A stretch of DNA of 20,016 bases from IMG/VR virus record IMGVR_UViG_3300043112_000040. One strand, written 5' to 3'. Positions 6,644-15,809 of the stretch are shown piece by piece. Origin of the DNA: a virus. Within the stretch, counting starts at the first letter, position 1. Every line of letters starts with the position of its first letter. Below the pieces are notes generated by a model, which did not search any database, was not told the DNA's origin, and was given only the letters and a program-made list of their open reading frames with translations. Made by a program: the position numbers and the translations under genes.

Positions 6644-9600
6644 ATGCCTGAATATAAGAATCAATTATTGGTTTCTTTCTCTGGAAAAGTGGATGCTTCT
6701 TTTAAAAATTCAATAAAAGAAGTATCCGCTTCTCTTTCTGCGCTCGGTAAGGGCGGGGGAAAGAAACCTCTTGCAGATATTAGTTCTGGTGCTAAAAATG
6801 CTGGAAATAGTATGGGTTTTCTTTCTGGTGCCACTAATTCTGTTGTGGGTGCTTTTAAAACTCTTACTAGATTTGCTGTTGCGGGAGCTATTTTTAAAGC
6901 CATAACCAATGCTGTTGTTGGTTCTACCAAGGCAATCATAGAGTATGATCAGGCCTTAAAAAATCTCCAAGCTATTACCAATGCTACTAATATGGAAGTA
7001 GCCGCTTTTGGGGATAAACTTTTTGAAGTCTCTAACAATACAAAGTTTTCAGCCAATGAAGTTGCGCAAGCAATGGTATATTTAGGCCAATCTGGTTTTA
7101 CTGCCGCAGAGTCTCTTGCTTCTATTGATGCCATTGCTTCTGTTGCTACTGGTACACTATCTGATTTTGCTACCACTGCTGATTTATTTACATCTACTTT
7201 ACGTGCTTTCCAATTAGAGGCTTCTGAATCAGGAAGGGTTGCTGACATATTTGCTTCCGCTGTTAACAAATCTAAGTTAACTATTCAAGGCTTGCGTACT
7301 ATTCTTAACTATGCTGGTGCGAGTGCAAAACAAGCTGGCGTATCATTAGAAGAAATGGCTACTGCTGCTGGATTGCTCGCTAACAACGGTATGCGGATGT
7401 CTACTGTTGGTACATCCATGCGTAACGTAATTAGTAGAATGATTGCACCAAATACTAAGTTAAAGAAAGCATTATCTGAATTAAATCTATCTATTGATGA
7501 AATTAACCCTAATATGGTTGGGTTTAAGGTAGCAATGAATAATATGACGAGGATTTTAAAGAATAATCGTCGTGGTATTATTGATGCTGGAACCGCTTAT
7601 GAATTGTTTGGTCTTCGTGGACAACAGGCTGCTACTATTTTTGCTAAGTCTTTTTCTGGTCCTGATTTTGATAGGTTACTTGATAATATTAAAAAGCCAG
7701 GAGAGGCATTACGCCAGCAATTAAAACAGCAAGAAGGACTCGGTGTTCAAACCAAGAACTTAATGGATAGGTTAAAGAACTTAGGTATTACTTTAGGTGA
7801 AGCGGGATTAACAAGGGCAATTCGTGGTGTTGTTGAAGCATTATCTTGGATGGTATTGAAATTACAAGATGCAGTTAAGTGGTATACTAAATGGTATGAT
7901 AAGGTTTTTGGAAATACTGAAACTGCTACGAAGAATGTTATACGAGAGGCAGAAGCCTATAAAAATGCTGCACATGATATTGGTAGATATATAGAAGTTA
8001 TTAAAAATATTTCCGAATCAGATAAAGACGATTGGGAGAAAAAGAAAGAACTTACACAGGTTGTGGAGGTTCTATCCGCACAATATGAAGATTTAGCAGA
8101 AGCTCTTGGTTATGCAGATGGTAACGCTCAGAAATTAATAAAGACCCTTGATGATTATACGAAGAAAGCAAAGGCTGACGAAGGACTTTTATTACGTAGA
8201 AGTCTTAATGAAAGCGATAAGGCGATTGAATATAGTAAGAATAAAATAGAAGAATTAAAGAAAGAAGTAGAAAAATATAGTAACACTACTGGAAGATCAA
8301 CTAGGACTTCTAGTTATATTCAGTTTGAGTTACAGCGATACCAAAAAGAATTAGAGAATGAACTTAAAAATTTAGGTGAACTAGAAACTCAGCGTTTAAA
8401 TTTTGCTGAAAAAATTAAAAATTTAGAAAAGCGCGATGAAGAATCACTTGACCCTGATAGTGCGCGTGGAGCCTCTTCCAGAATAAATAAACGACAACAA
8501 GCTGAAGCACAACGTATTCAGGCTATTAAGGATAATTGGGCTACCACTATAAAAGAACTTGGTGGTAGTTGGGAAACTCTTGCTAATAAGATTTTCAAGG
8601 GAGGCAACTATGACCAAATAATGTTGCTAGTTGATGCAATGGCTAAAGCAAAGACTGATGCTAATGAAGCCATTACTAAACTTGAAAAAGCATCTGTTCC
8701 TCCTAGTAAGTATGATGAAGAAAAAATAAAGGCTGCGGCTATAAAAGCGGCGTATAAGAAATTACAAGAGGATTTACGAAAAGAAAACGAACAGGTCATT
8801 AGAGATGAGGAAAATTCATATAAACAACGTGAGCAAGCCTTAAAAAATTCTCTTGCTGCTTCTTTGGAAAATGAAAAGGCTAATTTGGAAAATAAGAAAG
8901 CTCTCCTCACTGCTGATGGGGGAACCCAACGGGATATTATTAAAGCAGAAAAAGAATCTATTGATAAAAGAATTGAAATAACCAATGATGGATATAAAGA
9001 CCTAATAGAAAAAGCTGAAGAGTTCAATAAAAAGAAAAAGGCTCTTGGTGGAACTGTTGACGATTCTAATATTACCAACTTAGAGGCACAACGAGATAAA
9101 GCCCTTGCTAAGTTTAATGTGGAATTAGCAAAGAATGAAAAGAAACTACAAAAAGATAGACTTGAAAACCCACAGAACTTTGAAGAAGCATGGACCTCTG
9201 CTTTAGATAAAATAAAGAAAGCATCGCAAACAACTTGGAAAGATATATCTAACTATGTTTCTGATTTTGTAATTGATTTTGCTGATTCTACTGCGGATGC
9301 TTTTGTTGATTTTGTTAATGGAACCAAAACTGCCGCAGAAGCCTTTGGTGATATGGCAACTTCCATTCTTGCCGACATAACAAAGATGATTATTAAGCAA
9401 CAGATTCTTAATGCTATCATGGCCGGAGCCGGGGCGTTATCTTCTTCCGGTGGTATTCTTGGTGGAATAGGTAATTTGTTGAGTGGAGCAATATCTTCAA
9501 ACCACAGCGGCGGTCTTGCTGGCAAGGCTTCCAGTATCAAAAAGAATCTGTCTCCGATGGCGTTTATTCAAGCACCTAGATTCCATGACGGCGGCGAAGT

Positions 9601-9829
9601 CCCTGCCGTTCTACAACGCGGTGAAGTTGTTCAAACAAGAGAACAAGCCGCCCAATCCAGAGAGCCAAAGAATGTAAGTGTTATCATTGAAAACAAAACC
9701 GGAACTCAGGTCGGCAGGGCAAAGGCAACTTCTTCTATGGATATGGGACAAGAGGTTATTCGTATTGTTCTTGACGGCATTGATCGCAATGTGAATGGAC
9801 TAAGAACTGTTGTTGCCTCTACAAAATAA
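6644..9829 (+). CDS. Tape measure protein (TP901-family core)
   Basis: 1061 aa, helical and coiled-coil. TKFSANEVAQAMVYLGQSGF and ADIFASAVNKS are typical core motifs, and the C-terminus carries APRFHDGGEVPAVLQRGEVV. Confidence 0.95.
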   Translation: MPEYKNQLLVSFSGKVDASFKNSIKEVSASLSALGKGGGKKPLADISSGAKNAGNSMGFLSGATNSVVGAFKTLTRFAVAGAIFKAITNAVVGSTKAIIEYDQALKNLQAITNATNMEVAAFGDKLFEVSNNTKFSANEVAQAMVYLGQSGFTAAESLASIDAIASVATGTLSDFATTADLFTSTLRAFQLEASESGRVADIFASAVNKSKLTIQGLRTILNYAGASAKQAGVSLEEMATAAGLLANNGMRMSTVGTSMRNVISRMIAPNTKLKKALSELNLSIDEINPNMVGFKVAMNNMTRILKNNRRGIIDAGTAYELFGLRGQQAATIFAKSFSGPDFDRLLDNIKKPGEALRQQLKQQEGLGVQTKNLMDRLKNLGITLGEAGLTRAIRGVVEALSWMVLKLQDAVKWYTKWYDKVFGNTETATKNVIREAEAYKNAAHDIGRYIEVIKNISESDKDDWEKKKELTQVVEVLSAQYEDLAEALGYADGNAQKLIKTLDDYTKKAKADEGLLLRRSLNESDKAIEYSKNKIEELKKEVEKYSNTTGRSTRTSSYIQFELQRYQKELENELKNLGELETQRLNFAEKIKNLEKRDEESLDPDSARGASSRINKRQQAEAQRIQAIKDNWATTIKELGGSWETLANKIFKGGNYDQIMLLVDAMAKAKTDANEAITKLEKASVPPSKYDEEKIKAAAIKAAYKKLQEDLRKENEQVIRDEENSYKQREQALKNSLAASLENEKANLENKKALLTADGGTQRDIIKAEKESIDKRIEITNDGYKDLIEKAEEFNKKKKALGGTVDDSNITNLEAQRDKALAKFNVELAKNEKKLQKDRLENPQNFEEAWTSALDKIKKASQTTWKDISNYVSDFVIDFADSTADAFVDFVNGTKTAAEAFGDMATSILADITKMIIKQQILNAIMAGAGALSSSGGILGGIGNLLSGAISSNHSGGLAGKASSIKKNLSPMAFIQAPRFHDGGEVPAVLQRGEVVQTREQAAQSREPKNVSVIIENKTGTQVGRAKATSSMDMGQEVIRIVLDGIDRNVNGLRTVVASTK

Positions 9830-9847
9830 AAGAGAGAATATAAATAT

Positions 9848-10390
9848 ATGTTTGGCTTAAAAGATAGAAGTTCCATTGCCATAGGCTCTGCTGAGATAAG
9901 AATTGGAGAATATGAAAGCAATGTTAATCAACTACTTCCTGTATTAACAGAAGCAAATTACTTCGGATACAGTGAGGTAGTTAATGTAGTATATAGTGTT
10001 GATACAAAAACAAGAAATGATGTTGCTTCACTATATACCTCCTCTGCCCATTCCAATAGAACTATTTGTACTATTGAGATGCAGACTGTTGAACTATCAA
10101 AAGATATAATTAATTTGCTGTTTGGTATATATCCACATAATAATGGTAACAGAATATCATTAGCAAATATAGCAGACATTGACTTTAGATTAGAGATATT
10201 ATATACTTATCCAGATAAAACAAGAACAGCAACATTTGTATTTCCAAAAGTAAGAATCAATAGAGGATTAAATCTATCATTGACCGGAGATGCAGAAGTT
10301 GTTCAGTCTTTGAATATTATCGCATTAGAGGAAACAAGTTCTCTCTGGGATGATTATAAACTTGGATATATTGAAATGGGATACAACTAA
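9848..10390 (+). CDS. Tail-tube paralog (putative baseplate-proximal tube ring, T5 p140-like role)
   Basis: Collinear similarity to 4946-5848: IAIGSAEIRIG/LALGLSEVRVG, PVLTEANYFG/PVLTSAHSLG, FRLEILYTYPDKTRTATFVFPK/LRVESVYTFPNGTNTMTFIFPR, WDDYKLGYI/WDDMPLGRI. Confidence 0.8.
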   Translation: MFGLKDRSSIAIGSAEIRIGEYESNVNQLLPVLTEANYFGYSEVVNVVYSVDTKTRNDVASLYTSSAHSNRTICTIEMQTVELSKDIINLLFGIYPHNNGNRISLANIADIDFRLEILYTYPDKTRTATFVFPKVRINRGLNLSLTGDAEVVQSLNIIALEETSSLWDDYKLGYIEMGYN

Positions 10391-10392
10391 AA

Positions 10393-10728
10393 ATGGTAGA
10401 TTACTTAACAAATATTCCTAATCCTTCTTCTATTACTGAGTCTTTTAATAAGGCTCAAATTAGAACTCCTTTTGAGGATGGTTCTGTTCAATCTAGGGTC
10501 AAACACACTAGAGGAAGGGGTATGTGGGAATTATCCTATACAGAAATATTTATTGAGGATGCTTATGCTATCCGAGATTTCTTTTATGCCAATCAAGGAG
10601 ACACTTTTAATTGGACACATCCTGTTAGCGGTGTAGTTTATGAAGTTAGATTCTCTGATGATGAGATTTCTGTTGAGATTAGTTCTCCTAGAGACTGTTC
10701 AATGAGTTTCAAGATAGAAGAGGCGTAG
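10393..10728 (+). CDS. Distal tail protein (lambda gpM/Dit-like)
   Basis: 111 aa with F.DG..Q.R, W.L.Y and FF....G..F.WT.P motifs typical of gpM-like proteins. Synteny agrees. Confidence 0.8.
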   Translation: MVDYLTNIPNPSSITESFNKAQIRTPFEDGSVQSRVKHTRGRGMWELSYTEIFIEDAYAIRDFFYANQGDTFNWTHPVSGVVYEVRFSDDEISVEISSPRDCSMSFKIEEA

Positions 10729-10735
10729 TAAATAT

Positions 10736-11377
10736 ATGCCTTCAAATATTATTTTATCCTCAGAAGTTATTGCACAAAAAAATGCTCTTGGTTCAAAAGA
10801 TGTGTTTCTTGTTTGTTTGGAAATCACAATTCCAGAAGTAACCGAACCAATCAGAGTTGTATCTAATACGGAGAATATTACTTGGCGAGGTGAGACTTGG
10901 ATTGCGTTTCCTTTTCAAATGGAAGAAATAACTGACCAATCTGGTGGAGAGATTCCAAGGGTTGATTTGCGTATTCCAAACGTAGATAGAACCATTGAAG
11001 GTTATCTACAGGAATATGATCGTTATGTCAAGATAAATGGTCCTGCCGATATTAATGTTACCATCTATGTTGTTTCCTCTGCCACTCTTGATGATGACAC
11101 TCCTGTTGTATCCCATAATTTCATTTTAGTCAAGCCTACTTCAACTGCTGACTATGTTACTTTTACATTGGGTGCACCAAACCCATATAAAAAGAGATTC
11201 CCTTTAAATAGAATTTTAAAGAACAACTGTAGGTTCAAATTTAAGAGTGAACGATGTGGATATACTGGAAGTGAAACTTCTTGTAATAAAACTTTACCAA
11301 GATGTAGGGAATTAAACAACAGCACTAGATATGGTGGATTTCCTGGTGTTGGAAGGAGTGGTTTGAGCATTGTCTAG
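10736..11377 (+). CDS. Minor tail protein (lambda gpL-like) with C-terminal four-Cys motif
   Basis: ITWRGETWIAFPF, P...L.I.NV, and C-terminal CRFKFKSERCGYTG...CNKTLPRC...YGGFPG. The equivalent Cys residues bind an Fe-S cluster in lambda gpL. Confidence 0.85.
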   Translation: MPSNIILSSEVIAQKNALGSKDVFLVCLEITIPEVTEPIRVVSNTENITWRGETWIAFPFQMEEITDQSGGEIPRVDLRIPNVDRTIEGYLQEYDRYVKINGPADINVTIYVVSSATLDDDTPVVSHNFILVKPTSTADYVTFTLGAPNPYKKRFPLNRILKNNCRFKFKSERCGYTGSETSCNKTLPRCRELNNSTRYGGFPGVGRSGLSIV

Positions 11378-11795
11378 GATTACTAATGTTGTTAATCTAG
11401 CAAAGAAGACCCCCTTTGTTAATAAAGGTAGAAAAGAGGGGGTTGGGTTTGATTGTTGGGGGTTGGTAAAGTACGTTGGAGATATTGGATTTGGTTTTGA
11501 TATTCCTGATTTTCAAATAGATTGTGAAGATAAAAACAAAATATATTTACAGTTTCTTGAAAGAACTAAGAGAGAATTTGAGCCAATAGAAAGAAGTGAA
11601 GTAAGGCCAGGCGATTTTGTAGCAATCAATATGCTTGTTCATACACCTTCAATTGTTCAGCACTTTGGGATTATGGTCGATAACAAAAGGTTTATTCATA
11701 CACTAGAGAAACAAGGTCCACAAATAACTGCCATAACAGATATTGCATATAAGAATAGGATAAGAGGATTTTATCGGTGGAATCCAAACAAATAG
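11370..11795 (+). CDS. NlpC/P60 tail assembly protein (gpK C-terminal domain only)
   Basis: GFDCWGLV catalytic Cys, HFGI His and FIH. TTG start with AAGGAG upstream. No JAB domain. Confidence 0.9.
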   Translation: MSRITNVVNLAKKTPFVNKGRKEGVGFDCWGLVKYVGDIGFGFDIPDFQIDCEDKNKIYLQFLERTKREFEPIERSEVRPGDFVAINMLVHTPSIVQHFGIMVDNKRFIHTLEKQGPQITAITDIAYKNRIRGFYRWNPNK

Positions 11796-14700
11796 ACATT
11801 AGCAAAAAAGAAGTCAATAACGTGGTCAAATTACCAAACAAGATTAAGGCCACCTGTATTGAAAATATTTTTGACCCCTATAATAGTCAGAAAATACTTG
11901 AGTTTGACAACGGAACATCTATTGGAGAGATTGTTTCCAAGTTTAATCCCGTAATCTGCTCTGACTTAGAAATTGTTGTTTCTATTGATGGAATTGCTTT
12001 AGAGGAAACAGAACAGGAAAAGATTAGAGGTATTGTACCTAAATCTGGTAGTTGTGTGGTTTTCTCTGTTGTTCCTAAAGGCGGCGGTGGTGGTGGTAAG
12101 AATCCACTAGCTATGGTTGCTATGTTGGCTGTTGTAGTTGTGGCTAACATGACAGGGCAATATTGGGCGAATGCTTTTATTGATAGTATGTATGGTACTA
12201 CTGTCATGACTGCGGGACAAATGGCATTTTCTAGTGCATTGACAACAGGATTACAACTTGGTCTTACTGCAATAGGCGGGGTATTAGTTAATTCTGTTTT
12301 TGGTGGTCCATCCCTGCCCGATATAGGGGGAGTTGGGTCTGAGGACATATCTTCATCTCCTACCTATGGATGGGATACAGGAGTTAACCCAACCGAGCAG
12401 GGCGTGGCGGTTCCTGTATTATATGGAAAATTTAGAGTAGTACCTCCTGTTATTAATCAATTCATAACAACAGAAGATGATAATCAGACATTTAACGCCC
12501 TATATTGTGTTGCCGATCATGCTGTTGACACTATGGGGAATGTATATATTAATGATAATCCATCTTATAACTATGATGAAATATTTCTTGAATATAGATA
12601 TGGTGAATTAGATCAGGGAGTAATTCCTGCTTTTGCCGATACGTATTCTGATAAGGCTGTTGGATTCAAACTATCTACTGATTGGTCGCAAACAGAAACA
12701 TCTGGAAATGCTGTAGAGGGTTTTGGTGTTGGAATAACGATTCCAGGCTTGTTCTACGGCAATGACGTTGGTGGCCTTGATAAGCAGACTGTTACCATTA
12801 ATATACAATATAGAGAGAAGGGAACAGAGACCTGGAATGACGTATATTCAGAAGATGCCGTATATGAAGAACATACTCTAAGTGAAGAAAGATGGTCTGC
12901 GGGATATGTTCTTTCCGATGGGCGTTGGTACGAAATAGAGGCTGGTACTACTAACGAATCTGATCACATAGAAGGAGATAGATATACCTCTGACAGCGGA
13001 AAAGCATATTGGAAGTTTCAGCGGATAACGTATCGTACACAAACTTTACCTGGAGGCTCTCTCATAAATCCAAATGTAGTAACAACACCTGTGTATCCGA
13101 TTGTTTATACAAATACTAGGTTGACTGACATTTCCATATCAGATGCTACTCAGGAGGAAGTGCGTAGAAATTATTATGTCTATAATATAACTCCCTCACA
13201 GTACGAGATAAGGGTTAGATTAAAAGAGGCTCCCAAAACTGGTCCTAGATATAAGAACGATGCTTATTTCTCCTATATCCAAGAAATTATTTTTGATGAT
13301 TTTACCTATCCGAATACTTCTCTAATGGGTATGCAAGCACTAGCCACCGATCAGTTATCAGGCTCCGCTCCCGTAGTCAGTTTAGAGGCAGAGAGATTAT
13401 ATGTTGATGTATGGACTGGTACTGAGTATGAAAAAAAACCAGCAAACAACCCGGCTTGGGCCTGTTACGATATGTTACACAACTCAGTATATGGAGGAGG
13501 ACAACCTGTAGATAGGTTCATTTACGAGGATTTTGAGGAATGGGCAGAGTATTGTGAATTAAAAAATTATACTTGCAATATATATGTAGATGCCGCTACA
13601 AGCAATAGTTCTATTGTTAATACTATATCTCAGTTAGGAAGAGGGGCTATTATTTATAAAGGCTCTCAATATGGTGTTGTAATAGACAAAGTTGAACCAA
13701 TGTCTGTTCAGCACTTCATGTTTACAAAAGGAAACATGATTGAGGATTCATACTCTAATTCGTTTCTGGATTTAACAGATAGAGCAAACGCAGTAGAAGT
13801 AACCTATTTTGATGCTAATTTAGATTATTCCAGACAGCCGATTGAGATATATCAAAGTGGCTTTGATGAGGTAGAAACCTCAATCAATAAGAACAGTATA
13901 ACTCTATTTGGTTGTACTGACCGAGATATGGCTATTGCTCACGGAAGATCAATTCTTCTAAGGAATAGATATTTAACTCAAACTATTTCTTTTGAGGCTG
14001 GCGTGGACTCCATTGCATGTCTGCCCGGACAAGTAATTGATGTTTCACATGACGTACCGCAATGGGGAATATCTTCTGGAAGAATAGTATCTGCCACTAC
14101 AACATCTGTTACATTGCCAGAAGAAGTTGATTTGGTTGCTGGCGTGTCATATTCAATAAAAGTTAAAAAATCTATTGACGATAGCGTAGAGACTAAAAAT
14201 ATAATTCCTGTCTCTGTAGATACAACAACAAATACTCTTAATCTTGTATCTGCGTGGGCATCAATTCCAGAAAAAAATGACATATATGCGTTTGGTAGAG
14301 TAGACAATGTAACCAAACAATTTAGAGTAATTGCTATTACTAGAGCAAGTGATACCCAACATAGACGGATAACCACCATAGAATATATTCCAGAAGTATA
14401 TGCTGATTCTGGCGAGGTTATTGATGATATTGTTATTGGTGATTCCAGATTCGTTACGGATTTAACCGCTAGAGAAGTTTGGATATTTGCTAACGATGGT
14501 ACTGGTAAATCAGTTATTGATTTAACGTGGGGAGGAAATGCTTTATCTTGGAATGTGTTTGTCAAGCCGGAAGGTGGAATATGGGAAAAAGCGGGGCAAT
14601 CTAATGTAAAGAAATATAGACTGGATAGAAGTTTTAGTGTTGGAAAGAACTATCACGTTTCTGTAACTCCATATGATACCCCTGATACTTCTAATACTAA

Positions 14701-15775
14701 AACAATATATATTCTAGGAAAAGAGGCTCCTCCTTCCGATGTTACGGGTTTTACGGCGGCTATATCAGGCCGAAACATCAACTTAACTTGGAATCATATT
14801 CCAGATATTGATTTTCTGCAATATAATATCGTTCAGGGCGTTGACTATGAAAGAGGAATAGTGATAGCAGAAGGTGTAACTGAGAATAGCTTCGCATGGC
14901 AACCTTCTATTTCCGGTACATATAATTTCTGGATAAAAGCCGTAGATAGAACATTCAACGAAAGTATAAATGCGGCTACTGCATCTATTTCTATTGATAT
15001 TAGTGGGCTTATAAACGTAGTTATTGATAGGGAGGAGATTCCAGATAATGTCGGAACGGGAACTCTTGAGTATTTATATTATATTTCAACAGATGAAGTG
15101 TTATCTTGGCTACCGGGATTAAATGACACTCAAGTTGGGAGTGATACAGATACAGATGAACCTCTTGCTTCTTATGATGGGACATCAAATAATGGTGTTT
15201 ATATTTCTGATGTAATTGACTTAGGAGTAGTAACAGAATTTACATTAAGACAAAATGCAGAAAAAGATGCAGTTCTGGTCAATCCAACAGATCAATCTTT
15301 TATCTACGGGCGAACTGATCTTACGTTTCCAAGAGATACTGACACATCTATAACGTCACTTGCCAAATATAAACTGTATTATAGATATTCTGATGATAAC
15401 ATCACATACAGTTCTTGGATTCAATATTCTGGCATTGTAACATTAAATACTAGATATGTTCAAGTAAAGGCAGAAACTGATATTACAGTAACATCAACTT
15501 CGTATGACTTTACTTCCATAAAAACGGTATTGGATGTTGACGAAAAGATAAAAAAACTATATAATCAAACAATAGCATCTACGGGAACTGAATTTTTATT
15601 AAGTAGTATTCCAATTACTATATTTAATAGTTATAATGTAGGTGTAACGGTTTTAGGAAGTGGGTTTGCCTCTTATACAGTAGATATTCAATCAGATAGG
15701 TTTACTGTCTATATATATGATGCAACGGGAACTGGAATAGAAAGAGATGTTAATTTGGAAGTTGTAGGATTTTAG
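11777..15775 (+). CDS. Central tail fibre / tip attachment protein J with fused N-terminal gpI-like domain
   Basis: N-terminal V.IDG...VVPKGGGGGG plus hydrophobic helices (gpI-like), then G..VPVLYG, YPNT.L.G, NNPAW..YD.L, G.VI.V.H and an FN3 repeat (PPSDVTGF...LTW). Confidence 0.92.
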   Translation: MESKQIDISKKEVNNVVKLPNKIKATCIENIFDPYNSQKILEFDNGTSIGEIVSKFNPVICSDLEIVVSIDGIALEETEQEKIRGIVPKSGSCVVFSVVPKGGGGGGKNPLAMVAMLAVVVVANMTGQYWANAFIDSMYGTTVMTAGQMAFSSALTTGLQLGLTAIGGVLVNSVFGGPSLPDIGGVGSEDISSSPTYGWDTGVNPTEQGVAVPVLYGKFRVVPPVINQFITTEDDNQTFNALYCVADHAVDTMGNVYINDNPSYNYDEIFLEYRYGELDQGVIPAFADTYSDKAVGFKLSTDWSQTETSGNAVEGFGVGITIPGLFYGNDVGGLDKQTVTINIQYREKGTETWNDVYSEDAVYEEHTLSEERWSAGYVLSDGRWYEIEAGTTNESDHIEGDRYTSDSGKAYWKFQRITYRTQTLPGGSLINPNVVTTPVYPIVYTNTRLTDISISDATQEEVRRNYYVYNITPSQYEIRVRLKEAPKTGPRYKNDAYFSYIQEIIFDDFTYPNTSLMGMQALATDQLSGSAPVVSLEAERLYVDVWTGTEYEKKPANNPAWACYDMLHNSVYGGGQPVDRFIYEDFEEWAEYCELKNYTCNIYVDAATSNSSIVNTISQLGRGAIIYKGSQYGVVIDKVEPMSVQHFMFTKGNMIEDSYSNSFLDLTDRANAVEVTYFDANLDYSRQPIEIYQSGFDEVETSINKNSITLFGCTDRDMAIAHGRSILLRNRYLTQTISFEAGVDSIACLPGQVIDVSHDVPQWGISSGRIVSATTTSVTLPEEVDLVAGVSYSIKVKKSIDDSVETKNIIPVSVDTTTNTLNLVSAWASIPEKNDIYAFGRVDNVTKQFRVIAITRASDTQHRRITTIEYIPEVYADSGEVIDDIVIGDSRFVTDLTAREVWIFANDGTGKSVIDLTWGGNALSWNVFVKPEGGIWEKAGQSNVKKYRLDRSFSVGKNYHVSVTPYDTPDTSNTKTIYILGKEAPPSDVTGFTAAISGRNINLTWNHIPDIDFLQYNIVQGVDYERGIVIAEGVTENSFAWQPSISGTYNFWIKAVDRTFNESINAATASISIDISGLINVVIDREEIPDNVGTGTLEYLYYISTDEVLSWLPGLNDTQVGSDTDTDEPLASYDGTSNNGVYISDVIDLGVVTEFTLRQNAEKDAVLVNPTDQSFIYGRTDLTFPRDTDTSITSLAKYKLYYRYSDDNITYSSWIQYSGIVTLNTRYVQVKAETDITVTSTSYDFTSIKTVLDVDEKIKKLYNQTIASTGTEFLLSSIPITIFNSYNVGVTVLGSGFASYTVDIQSDRFTVYIYDATGTGIERDVNLEVVGF

Positions 15776-15809
15776 AATAAACTAAAAAAATTGAGGAATA
15801 TATAATAAA

